Source: a virus
Length of the DNA: 64,000 nucleotides
Reading direction: 5' to 3' (one strand)
Virus record (IMG/VR): IMGVR_UViG_3300005827_000047
Span: 1 to 64,000 of that record
The notes under the pieces are model-generated. The model worked only from the letters and a program-made list of their open reading frames with translations, was not told the origin of the DNA and did no database searches. Position numbers and translations under genes: made by a program. Of this stretch, positions 1-9,730 are shown one piece after another. Position 1 is the first letter of the stretch, and each line of letters starts with the position of its first letter.

Positions 1-58
1 GATCTTATCTTACCTAAAAGTGGTATTATAATGTAATTAAAATAAAGACTATAAAAAA

Positions 59-334
59 ATGAATACAGAATCAGCACAACCAAAACCTAGAACAGCAGAA
101 GAGCTATTAAACTCTTTTAATGATGCAAATCAACAAGTATCAATTTTAATCTCTAGGTTAGAAAAAGTAGGCAGTAAAATTAATTTTACTTACTTACCAA
201 TTACCACAGAATGTGAAAATACAGAGAAAGATGTAATTACTGTTGAAAGTAAACTTAGAGAGCAGATTAGTACTCTTAACAAGTCTATAGGAAATCTAGA
301 AACTCTTGTTAGAGGACTTGAAGTATTTGTATAA
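59..334 (+). CDS. hypothetical protein (coiled-coil-like)
   Basis: 91-aa ORF, the first of an uninterrupted co-directional + strand gene train. Heptad-like Leu/Ile spacing. No diagnostic motif. Confidence 0.35.
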   Translation: MNTESAQPKPRTAEELLNSFNDANQQVSILISRLEKVGSKINFTYLPITTECENTEKDVITVESKLREQISTLNKSIGNLETLVRGLEVFV

Positions 335-701
335 AACTAATAAGATGATAGAGAAAGAGAGAATCCTATATGCTAACATAAGTAAAGAGGACTTTGCAAG
401 TAAGTTCTTAGAAGTACTTAATGGAGCAGCTAAATTAACACAAAAAGAGAGAAGAGTATTTCTCTCTTTTTGTGATTATTATGAACTTAATAAACCGGAT
501 AATATACTAGATCCTTCAGTAAGAGCTGCTATAAGTGATAAACTAAAGATGAGTAGCTATAATCTGAATAATACTATAGCTGGTTTAAAGAGAAAAAGTG
601 CTATTAGATTTGACTCTAAAAACTCTAAATACTATCTTAATCCTTTATTAGTTCCTAGTACTGAGATAACGCAAATAAGGTTTATAATCAACTATATATG
701 A
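306..701 (+). CDS. hypothetical protein
   Basis: 131-aa ORF. An alternative start ATG at 345 (MIEKERIL) would remove the overlap with the preceding ORF. No diagnostic motif. Confidence 0.4.
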   Translation: MLEDLKYLYKTNKMIEKERILYANISKEDFASKFLEVLNGAAKLTQKERRVFLSFCDYYELNKPDNILDPSVRAAISDKLKMSSYNLNNTIAGLKRKSAIRFDSKNSKYYLNPLLVPSTEITQIRFIINYI

Positions 702-828
702 TAATCTATAAGTTTACTTCTGTAGATAAAATGATCTCCTATGGTATAGGGATTGAGAACATTTATACTAAAGAGAAGGTAGATTATGATATACTTTACA
801 CTATAGGAAAGACTTATAAGATTTTTAT

Positions 829-1074
829 ATGGATAAACTGAGAGAAGAAGTAATACAACAAATAAGCAGTAAAACTAATATACCTGAAAAGGAAGTTAAA
901 AGAATAGTTTACTCTCAATTTGAATATGTACTCCATAGATGTTCTATGTATATGGAGACTAAGTTAAGGTACTTTGGTACTTTTACTGTAAAGAAGAGTA
1001 AGGTAGAAGAAGCTCTAAAGATAATAAATAAAGATGAAACTGGAATCACTGAACATAATAACGGATCTATTTAG
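829..1074 (+). CDS. HU/IHF-like DNA-binding fold protein (short, apparently lacks the beta-arm)
   Basis: The N-terminal pattern 'MDKLREEVIQQISSKTNIPEKEVKRIVYSQFEYV...LRYFGTFTVKK' mirrors the HU/IHF helix-helix-strand layout (M.K.eli..ia...gl.k.....v......v.l.gFGtF.v). Only 81 aa. Confidence 0.4.
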   Translation: MDKLREEVIQQISSKTNIPEKEVKRIVYSQFEYVLHRCSMYMETKLRYFGTFTVKKSKVEEALKIINKDETGITEHNNGSI

Positions 1075-1396
1075 AATAAGGGATATTGCCCATATTCTTC
1101 ATTTACAAACAAGTAGCTATAGTGAGCATAAAGCTCTTAATGAATTTTATGATAGTTGGTTAGATCTATCTGATCAATATATAGAGATTTATCAAGGAAC
1201 TTATGGGAGAATTAAAATTACTTATAAAGAGACTATTCCTCTAAATGTAAATAACTCTACTGCACTTTTAAATAGTGCCTCTAGCCTTATTAAGGTACTA
1301 AGGAGTAAGCATCCCGATAATACCGGATTAAATAATATCTTGGATGAATTCTTGAATCTCATTAATAAAACTAACTACCTTCTAACTCTTAGTTGA
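1034..1396 (+). CDS. hypothetical protein, possible Dps/ferritin-like four-helix bundle
   Basis: 'RDIAHILHLQTSSYSEHKALNEFYDSWLDLSDQYIEIYQG' resembles the Dps helix A/B pattern (H..v.g..f...H..f.e.y......D.iaE). The start overlaps the upstream ORF and may lie further downstream. Confidence 0.3.
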   Translation: MKLESLNIITDLFRIRDIAHILHLQTSSYSEHKALNEFYDSWLDLSDQYIEIYQGTYGRIKITYKETIPLNVNNSTALLNSASSLIKVLRSKHPDNTGLNNILDEFLNLINKTNYLLTLS

Positions 1397-1399
1397 TAT

Positions 1400-2236
1400 A
1401 TGGAAGAGTCAAAAGATATTATAAAAAACGAAAGTTTTAATGCGGGTAAAAAGTATAGACTTAGAAAAGGAGATAAGATAAATAAGTTAACTTATTTAGG
1501 AGTTAGAAAAACTATAAGATCTAAAAAAGGTTTGTTTTTATGTGATTGTGGAAAAGAGATTTATGCAAATGTGTATAATGTGCTAAGAAACAACTCTCCA
1601 ATAAGTTGTGGCTGTGTAAAGAAAAATGGAAGAGGTAAAATCATAAACAAAAAAGAAGATATACATCCGGGAGATGTCTTTGGAAAATTGACTGTAATAG
1701 AAAAACTAAGCAGTAAAGTTACAAACAACAGACCTTATAAATGTAGATGTTCTTGCGGAAAAGAGACTTTTAGTACTAAAAGTCAACTAAATAGTGGAAA
1801 TAAAAAGTCTTGTGGCTGTCTATCTAAAGACCTGTTTATAAGATCTTTAGATAAAGGAGAAGCAGGTTTTAAAAAGGTTTTGTCTAGTTATAAAAAAGGA
1901 GCACTGTATAGAAAAATTTCTTGGTATTTAACAGAAGATGATTTTAGAAATTTAACTCTTAAAAAGTGTGCATATTGTGGAAGTCCTCCTTCAAACGATG
2001 CAGTAGTTAGATATAAAAAAGGAGGGATAGAAAAGATAAAAATTAATGTTGAGCATTCTAAGTATACTTACAACGGAGTAGACAGAGTAGACAACACTAA
2101 AGGATATACTATAGATAATGTTGTACCCTGTTGTGCTAAATGCAACAGAGCTAAGAGAGACAGTTCTTTAGAAGAATTTATTTTATGGGTAAAAACAATT
2201 TATTCTTGTTTAGAAAGTAAAGAATTTAAAATATGA
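1400..2236 (+). CDS. HNH homing-type endonuclease
   Basis: C-terminal HNH signature 'YNGVDRVDNTKGYTIDNVVPCCAKCNRAKRD'. Two N-terminal zinc-knuckle repeats: 'CDCGKE...SCGC' and 'CSCGKE...SCGC'. Confidence 0.8.
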   Translation: MEESKDIIKNESFNAGKKYRLRKGDKINKLTYLGVRKTIRSKKGLFLCDCGKEIYANVYNVLRNNSPISCGCVKKNGRGKIINKKEDIHPGDVFGKLTVIEKLSSKVTNNRPYKCRCSCGKETFSTKSQLNSGNKKSCGCLSKDLFIRSLDKGEAGFKKVLSSYKKGALYRKISWYLTEDDFRNLTLKKCAYCGSPPSNDAVVRYKKGGIEKIKINVEHSKYTYNGVDRVDNTKGYTIDNVVPCCAKCNRAKRDSSLEEFILWVKTIYSCLESKEFKI

Positions 2237-2838
2237 AAATATTTGATGTTGACGATTCTGGAAAAGTTACTTTAGACCCAGAAGTTAGAACAATTAAGTG
2301 GATAAAACGTATTGTAGAAAGAGACAGAGGAGGAACAATTAAGGGGGATCATGATGGGCGTAAAAAGTATAAAGCTTTAAGAGAACTAGCCTATATATAT
2401 TTTATGTGTGATAGTAAAAGTATATACCAAAGAATTCCAGAAGCTGAAAGAGAGCAAACTATAATAGAAGATTTAGATTTTGATGGTAAATGGACTCCTG
2501 ATGAAGTTATTAAGGAGGCTATGGAAAAGTATAAGAGTCTTAAAGAAACTGTATCAGAAAGAACTCTAAAGGAACTTAAAAGGACTCTTGAGAGTTCTGT
2601 AGATACTTTACAATTTATTAGAGAATCTATAGAAGGTATGGTTAAGGCTATTAAAGATGATAAGGATACTTCTAAGCTTCCTGACTTAATAAAGTTATAT
2701 AGTACAGCTATATCTATGGCAGAAGATTTACCTAAGTCTATAGAGAACATAACTAAACTTGAAGAGAAAGTTAAGAAAGAGATACAATCTAGTTCTTCTT
2801 CTATTAGAGGAGCCGGAACCATAGGAGATTATGAATAA
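2233..2838 (+). CDS. hypothetical protein (position compatible with a small terminase subunit)
   Basis: 201-aa helical, charged ORF. Its stop overlaps the start of the large terminase. The assignment is positional only. Confidence 0.4.
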   Translation: MKIFDVDDSGKVTLDPEVRTIKWIKRIVERDRGGTIKGDHDGRKKYKALRELAYIYFMCDSKSIYQRIPEAEREQTIIEDLDFDGKWTPDEVIKEAMEKYKSLKETVSERTLKELKRTLESSVDTLQFIRESIEGMVKAIKDDKDTSKLPDLIKLYSTAISMAEDLPKSIENITKLEEKVKKEIQSSSSSIRGAGTIGDYE

Positions 2839-4814
2839 TGTTTAAAGATGATGTTTTAGAGTTTACAGCAACAAGAAGAGAATTTGAAGAGTTCAAATCC
2901 TATACTAAAGCTATTCCCGGAACAAGATCTTATAAACTATTTTGGGATGAGCAGATAAGAAGATCTATAGAAGGATATCATACAGGAAGAGATTATATAC
3001 CAGGATACTTCTATTTCTATCTCAACTTCTGTCCTATAGAGATGGCAGTAGCTTCCGGATCTATATCTAATGAAATAGGAAAAAATACTAAAGGAAATCT
3101 TGTTAAAGGGTTTCCTTTATTTTATGATGGAGACTATGAGTATTTTCATTATTTAGATGAAGCAGAGAAAGCTGGAGAACATGCTGTAGTAGTTAAATCC
3201 AGAAGAACAGGTTACTCTTGGAAAGGAGCTTCTATGCTGAATAGAAACTATTTTTTAATTCCAGGAAGTAAGAACTATGTATTTGCTGAGAGTATAGAAT
3301 ATCTTACTAAGAATGGTATTCTAAACAAAGCTTGGGATATTATGGGGTCTATAGATACTAATACAGCTTGGTCAAAGAGAAGGCAGTACAAAGATACTGA
3401 TATGCACAAGAGAGCTTCTTATCAAATAATGGATAATGGTAAAAGAATAGAAGCCGGATATAAATCTGAGATAATGGGCCTAGTACTAGATGATCCAAAT
3501 AAGTCGAGGGGTAAAGTGGGAAAGCTTATTTTATGGGAAGAAGCTGGTAATATGAAGCATCTTGAAAAGGGATGGCAAATATCAAGGCACTCTATGGAAC
3601 AAGGTAAAGTTACTTTTGGTCTCTCCTTAGCATTTGGTACAGGAGGTTCTGATATGGAAGAAGCGGAAGGATTAGAGAATCTCTTTTTTAATCCTGAAGG
3701 ATATAAAATTCACTCCGTATATAATACTTGGGAAGAAGGGATGCACGAAAATAAGTGTGGATTCTTTGTACCTGCATATAAAAATATGCTGGGATGTATG
3801 GATGAATATGGTAATTCTGATATAGAGAAAGCTAAAAGTGAAATACTCTCCACAAGAGATACTATTAAAAGAAGTGCAAATAGTCAAAAAGCTCTAGCCC
3901 AAGAAATTGCAGAGAAACCTTTTACTCCTTCTGAAGCTTTTCTTAGAACTAATATCAATATATTTCCTACTGCTGAATTATCTAGTTGGGAAAAGACCCT
4001 AACCCATTCTAATGTAAAAGGATTTGAATTAGTAGGTAATTTAGAATATGATGAATCCGGTAAAGTAAAATTTGTACATAATCCTGATTTATCTCCTATA
4101 GAAGATTTCCCTATTAGAAAAGACTCTGATAAAACAGGAGCTATAGTAATTTACTCAACTCCCTATAAGGACTCACATAATCAGATTCCCTCAAATCTAT
4201 ACTATATATGCCATGACCCCTATGGTCAAGATGGAGAAGGTCAATCTTTAGGTGCAGCTTATGTTATCCTCAGAATGAATGATAAAAGACAACCTGATGA
4301 TTGTATAGTAGCTAGTTATGTAGCAAGACCCCATTCTATGGATGAGTATAACAAGAATCTATTTTTACTTGCTGAATACTATAATGCTAAAATAGGATTT
4401 GAAAATGATAGAGGAGATGTTATATCTTATGCTAAGAGATTTAGAAAACTTCAATGGTTACAAGAAGAGTTTAAGTTACCGGATAATAAGGAACTTCAAA
4501 GCAATAGAAATAGAAGTTATGGTATGCACATGACTGAACAGAGAAAGAGAGTAGGAGAATTATATTTAAGAGATTGGTTATTAGAGGAAAGAAGTATAGA
4601 TGAAAATGGAAACAAGTTATTAAATTTGCACTTAATTTATGATGTAGGTTTAATTAGAGAACTTATAAGATACAATTCAAAGGGTAACTTTGATAGAGTA
4701 TCTGCTTTAATAATTGGTATGTTTTTTAATAGAGAACTTACACATAAAAAGATAGTACAAGCACAAGTAGAAAAAGATCCTAATTCTTTTTTTGAAAGAA
4801 ATTATATAAGATGA
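2838..4814 (+). CDS. terL: terminase large subunit
   Basis: 658 aa. Deviant Walker A like T4 gp17 SRQxGKT ('VVVKSRRTGYSWKG'). Walker B/coupling motif 'KLILWEEAGN'. C-terminal RNaseH-like acidic motifs 'YYICHDPYGQDGEG' and 'GFENDRGD'. Lies immediately upstream of the portal candidate. Confidence 0.8.
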   Translation: MFKDDVLEFTATRREFEEFKSYTKAIPGTRSYKLFWDEQIRRSIEGYHTGRDYIPGYFYFYLNFCPIEMAVASGSISNEIGKNTKGNLVKGFPLFYDGDYEYFHYLDEAEKAGEHAVVVKSRRTGYSWKGASMLNRNYFLIPGSKNYVFAESIEYLTKNGILNKAWDIMGSIDTNTAWSKRRQYKDTDMHKRASYQIMDNGKRIEAGYKSEIMGLVLDDPNKSRGKVGKLILWEEAGNMKHLEKGWQISRHSMEQGKVTFGLSLAFGTGGSDMEEAEGLENLFFNPEGYKIHSVYNTWEEGMHENKCGFFVPAYKNMLGCMDEYGNSDIEKAKSEILSTRDTIKRSANSQKALAQEIAEKPFTPSEAFLRTNINIFPTAELSSWEKTLTHSNVKGFELVGNLEYDESGKVKFVHNPDLSPIEDFPIRKDSDKTGAIVIYSTPYKDSHNQIPSNLYYICHDPYGQDGEGQSLGAAYVILRMNDKRQPDDCIVASYVARPHSMDEYNKNLFLLAEYYNAKIGFENDRGDVISYAKRFRKLQWLQEEFKLPDNKELQSNRNRSYGMHMTEQRKRVGELYLRDWLLEERSIDENGNKLLNLHLIYDVGLIRELIRYNSKGNFDRVSALIIGMFFNRELTHKKIVQAQVEKDPNSFFERNYIR

Positions 4815-7084
4815 GCCAAATACCAAATCAAGCTATACCCTTCTCTAAAAAAGATGAGGATTGGGTAAAAGATACAGTTAATAGCATAATAGATATGAGT
4901 GCTATTAATACTACAGGAAAGAAGTATCTCCTTAAAACTTATTATGATGCTTATACCGGTAATATAGATATATCGGAATACTCTCATCTAATGAAACCTT
5001 GGGGTAAAAACTTTGATAACTTTCCAGCTAAACTTACTAATTGGAATATCCTTAAACCTGTAATAGATAGATTAGCAGGAGAAAAGATACAAAGACCTTT
5101 TATCTATCAAGTAACAGCAGTTAACTCAGATATAGAAACTTTAAAAGAAGAGCAGATAAAGCAAGAAGCTACTAAAGCTCTTTATCAAATGTTTATTAAT
5201 GAACTTAATAAGTTAGGATATCCAACAGATCAACCTTCTGAAGAAGTACAAACTCCTAAGCAAGTAGAAGATTTTGTAAATACTAACTTCAAAGATCAAA
5301 GAGCTATATTAGGACAACAGTCTATGGATTATATAGTTAGCTATAATGAGTTTATAGAAAAGAACTATAAAGGATTCTTAGACTTTATGATATCCGGAGA
5401 AGTCTACACTTATAGAGGTATAGAGCATGATGAGCCTATATTCAATATAGTTAATCCTTTAGAGATAGATTTCCATAGAGATCCTAATAAGGATTATATA
5501 GAAGATGGAGATTGGGTAATCCATTATACTTTAATGACTCCGGGAACTGTACAATCTAAATTCTATGATGACCCTAAGTTAACTAAGGAGATCATAGATG
5601 AGTTTGAGAATCCTGTTAGCCCTATTCAAAATTATCCTTTTTCAATCTATACTAATACTTCAACAGGTCAAAGTCTATATAGCTTACAAAGATTGATACC
5701 TGTAGTGCATATAGTATGGCAAAGTAAACAAAAGATAGGGTTACTTAAATTCATAGATGAATTTGGTATGGAGCAAGAAGATATAGTTACAGAAGATTAT
5801 ACTCCTTCTCCTAATGAAGAAGTAGAGTGGGTTTGGGTTAATCAACCTTGGGAATGCTATAAAGTATATGATAGATATTACTTTAAAGCAAGACCAATAC
5901 CTGAATGCTCTTTAAGTAAGAATAATATTAGTCTTAGAAAACTTCCATATAACGGAAGAATGTACTCTAATAGAAACTCTGATAACATCTCTCTTATTAG
6001 TATAGGGCTTCCTTATCAAGTAACTTACAATATCTATAAGTATAGATATGAACTTATGATAGCTAAGGCTAAGGGAATTATAGGAGTATTTGATTTGCAA
6101 GCTAAACCTAGTGATTGGGAATTAGAAAAGTGGCTTCATTATATTGAGTCTATGAATATGATGATAGTAGATTACTCAGATAAAGAAGGATTGAGATTAA
6201 ATCCTACTCAACAATCTCAAATAGATATGAGTTTAGGTAACTTCATAGATAAGTTTGAAGTACTTTTAGCTTCTATAAGATCTGAATGGGAAGCTCTTTG
6301 TGGGGTAACTAGGCAAAGACAAGGTCAAATATCTGCTAATGAATTAGTAGGGAATGTAGAAGCAGCTATATATCAAAGTTCTGCAATTACTGAAAAGCTA
6401 TTTGCAGATTACTCTAATTTAGAAAGAAGAGATCTTCAATATCTTATAGATCTTAGCCAGATAAGTTGGGTAAATGGTAAGAAAGCTAGTTTCATTACTC
6501 ATGATTCAAGAAGAACTTTTCTAAATGTAGATGGTGCAGAATATGCTAACTCTGAATATTCTGTATTTGTAAATAACACTTCTAAGGAATATAGAAAGTT
6601 AGAACTAGCAAGAAATAATGCTCAAGCTTTTATTCAAAATGGATTAGGAGCTTCTGCTGCATTAGAGATATTGGATTCAGATAACTTTGCTGAGATTAAG
6701 AAGAAAGTAGCTGATGCAGAGTTAGCTATGCAGCAACTAAATAACCAACTAGAAGAAGCATCTAGAAAATCTGCTGAGCTTATTGAAGATAAGATAACTG
6801 AAAGAGAATTGCAGAAACAAGAATTTGAAGCTACTCAAAAACAACTTGATAGAGAGAATAAGATAGAAATAGCTACTATAAGTGCATTAGGTTTTGGCAA
6901 AGCTCAAGATGCAGATAAAGATGGTCAATTAGATATCTTAGAGATAAGAGAAATGGCTTTAAAAGAAAGAGATCAAATACTTAAAGAAAGAAAGCAGATC
7001 TCAGATGAAAAACTTAAAGAGAAAGAATTAGCTATAAAAGAAAAACAAGCTAAACAGAAAAATAATACTAAACCTAAAAAATAA
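4811..7084 (+). CDS. portal protein (candidate)
   Basis: 757 aa, translationally coupled to terL (4-nt overlap). Size and position are typical of podovirus and crAss-like portals. Long Lys/Glu-rich coiled-coil C-terminus. Confidence 0.65.
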   Translation: MSQIPNQAIPFSKKDEDWVKDTVNSIIDMSAINTTGKKYLLKTYYDAYTGNIDISEYSHLMKPWGKNFDNFPAKLTNWNILKPVIDRLAGEKIQRPFIYQVTAVNSDIETLKEEQIKQEATKALYQMFINELNKLGYPTDQPSEEVQTPKQVEDFVNTNFKDQRAILGQQSMDYIVSYNEFIEKNYKGFLDFMISGEVYTYRGIEHDEPIFNIVNPLEIDFHRDPNKDYIEDGDWVIHYTLMTPGTVQSKFYDDPKLTKEIIDEFENPVSPIQNYPFSIYTNTSTGQSLYSLQRLIPVVHIVWQSKQKIGLLKFIDEFGMEQEDIVTEDYTPSPNEEVEWVWVNQPWECYKVYDRYYFKARPIPECSLSKNNISLRKLPYNGRMYSNRNSDNISLISIGLPYQVTYNIYKYRYELMIAKAKGIIGVFDLQAKPSDWELEKWLHYIESMNMMIVDYSDKEGLRLNPTQQSQIDMSLGNFIDKFEVLLASIRSEWEALCGVTRQRQGQISANELVGNVEAAIYQSSAITEKLFADYSNLERRDLQYLIDLSQISWVNGKKASFITHDSRRTFLNVDGAEYANSEYSVFVNNTSKEYRKLELARNNAQAFIQNGLGASAALEILDSDNFAEIKKKVADAELAMQQLNNQLEEASRKSAELIEDKITERELQKQEFEATQKQLDRENKIEIATISALGFGKAQDADKDGQLDILEIREMALKERDQILKERKQISDEKLKEKELAIKEKQAKQKNNTKPKK

Positions 7085-7147
7085 GTTATATAATCTACTA
7101 TAAAAGAGTATAGACTTAATGTTTATTGAATATAAGTAACAACTAAT

Positions 7148-7155
7148 TAATTTTG
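7148..7155 (+). promoter_or_regulatory. Bacteroidota-type -7 promoter box (TAnnTTTG)
   Basis: 'TAATTTTG' in the only sizeable intergenic gap after the portal gene, 10 nt upstream of the ATG at 7166. Confidence 0.4.
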
Positions 7156-7165
7156 CTTTTAAATT

Positions 7166-8224
7166 ATGGACAAAGAGACAAAAGAGACCCAATTACCTGA
7201 AATCACTCCTCAAGCATTTATGAATGCTTTTAATGGAGAAGATGTAGTAATTACTCCTCCTGAAGAGAAAGAGGAAGTAGAAGAAACTCCTGAAGAGGAA
7301 ACTGAAGAAGTAAGTGAAGTTGAAGAAACTGAAACTGAAGAAGTAGAAGAAGGAGAAAGAGCTGAAGATGAAGCAATTGAACAAGATTCAGTAAGAGATA
7401 TCTTCTTAAAAGCTACAGGTTATGATTTAGGAGAAGATGTAGATGATTCAGTAGAAGGCTTTGTAAAAGCTGCTGAAATTATCTCAGAACAAATGGTTCA
7501 GGAAAGACTTGATAACTTCTTTTCAAGTAATGAAGAGATCAAGAAGTTTACTGATTATGTAATTAGTGGAGGAGATCCTGCTAAATACATAAAAACAATA
7601 TCACCGGAAGTAGATTATTCTGAGGTAGATATTACTTCAGAAAGTAATCAAAAGATGATTATTACTGCACAATTGAAAGACCAAGGTTTTGAAAAAGAAG
7701 AAATAGAGGAATACATTAAAACTTATGAAGACTCTAATACTCTTGAAAAACAAGCTAAACTAGGTCAGAAATATCTCTCTAATCAGCAAAAGAAAGCTAA
7801 AGAGAGTTTGTTAGCAGAACAAAAAAAGATTCAAGAAGAAAATAAAGCTAAAGCTGCACAAGCTTGGCAACAAGTTGAATCTACTTTAGATAAAGAAACT
7901 ATAGCCGGATTGCCTATTCCTAAGAAGGAGAAAGATAAGTTCAAAGAATTTTTAGGAAGCCAAACTAAAGATGGTAAACCTTTGAAAGTTGAAAAATATA
8001 ACTCCATGACTCTGGAAGAAAAGTTATTTCTGGATTTCATAGTTTATAAAGGAGTAGGAAGTATTAAAGATTTAGTTAATACTATGGCTACTACTAAGCA
8101 TACCAATAGTTTAAAAGGTATTATAAACAGAGGTAAAAGTAATGGAAGTTCAGGTGCAACACTTAAAACTCCTCCAAGTACTAAAAAACCTACACTTACC
8201 CCCGAAGCATTTAAACAAGAATAA
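7166..8224 (+). CDS. scaffolding-like protein (acidic, coiled-coil)
   Basis: 352 aa. Very acidic N-terminus (EEKEEVEETPEEETEEVSEVEETETEEVEEGE) and Lys/Glu/Gln helical segments. Sits between the portal and capsid candidates. Confidence 0.5.
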   Translation: MDKETKETQLPEITPQAFMNAFNGEDVVITPPEEKEEVEETPEEETEEVSEVEETETEEVEEGERAEDEAIEQDSVRDIFLKATGYDLGEDVDDSVEGFVKAAEIISEQMVQERLDNFFSSNEEIKKFTDYVISGGDPAKYIKTISPEVDYSEVDITSESNQKMIITAQLKDQGFEKEEIEEYIKTYEDSNTLEKQAKLGQKYLSNQQKKAKESLLAEQKKIQEENKAKAAQAWQQVESTLDKETIAGLPIPKKEKDKFKEFLGSQTKDGKPLKVEKYNSMTLEEKLFLDFIVYKGVGSIKDLVNTMATTKHTNSLKGIINRGKSNGSSGATLKTPPSTKKPTLTPEAFKQE

Positions 8225-8227
8225 TAA

Positions 8228-9679
8228 ATGAGACTCTACGAAGATTACTTTAATGGCGAAGGAGTTACTACAGATAATGCGTTAGCTAATGCAATGATGA
8301 TAGTTCCTGAGCAACTTTCTCCTATTTTGACATACTTAACAGGTCAAATGGAATCCTATTTCCCTCTATCCTATATGACTGAGGGTACTGCTGGTGCTAC
8401 TGGAACAGGAAACTCCCCTGCTTTAAAAAGAATTAAAGGGGATACTTATGATTACAACGTTATTTCTAGACAGAATAAAGTAGTCCCTGTTGCTATCACC
8501 AATTCTACAGCTAATGTTGGTATTGGCCATCAAAGGTTTAAAATTACTTTTACAGAAAGATGGTTTGTAAAAGGTTATGTTATTACCGGTAAATCCAATA
8601 CTCATGTAAGGATTATGGAAGAACCTGTTCAAAAAGGTTCTTATTGGGAATATACTGTGCAATTGGTTAATCCTGATCCTTCTGCTACTATGCCCGCTGG
8701 AGATCTAGTTCAAGGTGCTCAATTTGGACAAATGTTTGCTCCTGTAGGTACTGACTTCTCTAGAGGTAATGCTTCTAATTGGATGAGTCCTTCTAAAATT
8801 AGGCATAGACTTACTACTCATAGAAAGAGCTGGGCTTATTCTGGTTCTGCTGCTAACAGGTATATGTGGTTAGACTACAATAAGAAACCTGGTGAAGGAG
8901 CTAATAAGCTATGGATGGATATGGAAGAGTACAGGCATCTTATGATGTGGAAGAAAGAATGTGAGGAGATGTACTGGTATGGCCAACAATCTTATGATGA
9001 TAAGATGAATACTCACCTTATGGATGATGATGCAGGTGGTTCTCCTATTATCATGGGACCTGGTTTGCTAGAGCAGATAGTAAATAAAGATACTTATACT
9101 ACTCTAACTACTGCTAGGTTGAAGTCTATTGTAAGGAATGTACTTTATGGTATGACTGATACTTCTAATAAACAAATCACCCTATATACTGGTATAGGTG
9201 GTGCAGATGCTTTTGATCAAGCTATGAAAGATGAGCTAAGGTCAACTAGCTATAACAGATTTGATAAAGGTACTTTTGTATATGGATCAGGCAGGAATCT
9301 ATCTTTAGGTGGTTTCTTTACTCAATATCAACATGTTGATGGTTATGTAATTAACGTAGTTAAGAATCCTTTCTTTGATCAATCTACTGTATCTATGACA
9401 GCAGAAAAGCATCCAGAAACTGGTCTTTCTCTAGAAAGCCATAGAATGGTATTTGTAGATCAATCTCTATATGATGGTGAACCTAATGTTCAAATGGTAG
9501 TAAGAGAAGGTAGAGAACTTCAATGGGGTGTAGCTGGTTCTACTATTCCTAGAGGTTACAAGAATACTGATCTTAGAGCTTCAGATATAGATGGTGCATC
9601 TGTGCATTTCTTGAAAACTTCTGGTGTTGTTCTAAGGAGGTTTACTACTTCTATTGATTTACAATGTATAGCTTCTTAA
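8228..9679 (+). CDS. major capsid protein (candidate)
   Basis: 483 aa, directly after the scaffold-like gene and followed by a strong intrinsic terminator, which suggests a highly expressed unit. The size fits crAss-like HK97-fold capsid proteins. No motif-level proof. Confidence 0.55.
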   Translation: MRLYEDYFNGEGVTTDNALANAMMIVPEQLSPILTYLTGQMESYFPLSYMTEGTAGATGTGNSPALKRIKGDTYDYNVISRQNKVVPVAITNSTANVGIGHQRFKITFTERWFVKGYVITGKSNTHVRIMEEPVQKGSYWEYTVQLVNPDPSATMPAGDLVQGAQFGQMFAPVGTDFSRGNASNWMSPSKIRHRLTTHRKSWAYSGSAANRYMWLDYNKKPGEGANKLWMDMEEYRHLMMWKKECEEMYWYGQQSYDDKMNTHLMDDDAGGSPIIMGPGLLEQIVNKDTYTTLTTARLKSIVRNVLYGMTDTSNKQITLYTGIGGADAFDQAMKDELRSTSYNRFDKGTFVYGSGRNLSLGGFFTQYQHVDGYVINVVKNPFFDQSTVSMTAEKHPETGLSLESHRMVFVDQSLYDGEPNVQMVVREGRELQWGVAGSTIPRGYKNTDLRASDIDGASVHFLKTSGVVLRRFTTSIDLQCIAS

Positions 9680-9689
9680 TAATCCCATA

Positions 9690-9719
9690 GGGGAGGGGGA
9701 TAATCCTCCCCTTTTTTTT
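9690..9719 (+). terminator. rho-independent terminator
   Basis: GGGGAGG (9690-9696) pairs with CCTCCCC (9705-9711), has an 8-nt loop and is followed by T8 (9712-9719). It is GC-rich in an AT-rich genome. Confidence 0.8.
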
Positions 9720-9730
9720 AAATAATAATT

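Noticed and set aside
731-844. 37-aa ORF (MISYGIGIENIYTKEKVDYDILYTIGKTYKIFIWIN) in the 701-829 intergenic gap.
   Set aside because: It is too short, has no motif or paralog to support it, and overlaps the start of the HU-like gene. I cannot tell it from chance in AT-rich sequence.
2391-2822. 143-aa - strand ORF antisense to the gene at 2233..2838. Similar antisense or alternative-frame ORFs lie at 3672..3887, 4802..4987, 5912..6100, 7193..7384, 7831..8040, 8423..8662, 11923..12153, 13016..13198, 15179..15391, 16294..16509, 21186..21446, 33792..33995, 35816..36031 and 37400..37750.
   Set aside because: All lie fully inside longer, motif-supported or operon-consistent + strand genes. They have low-complexity, Ser/Leu/Ile/Phe-rich translations, typical of the antisense of AT-rich coding sequence. 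They break the strict strand polarity of the arm.
7250-7350. GAA/GAAGAA-rich repetitive stretch that looks like a tandem DNA repeat.
   Set aside because: It is in frame within the scaffold-like gene and encodes an acidic low-complexity segment (EEKEEVEETPEEETEEV...). It is an imperfect codon-level repeat, not a discrete repeat element.
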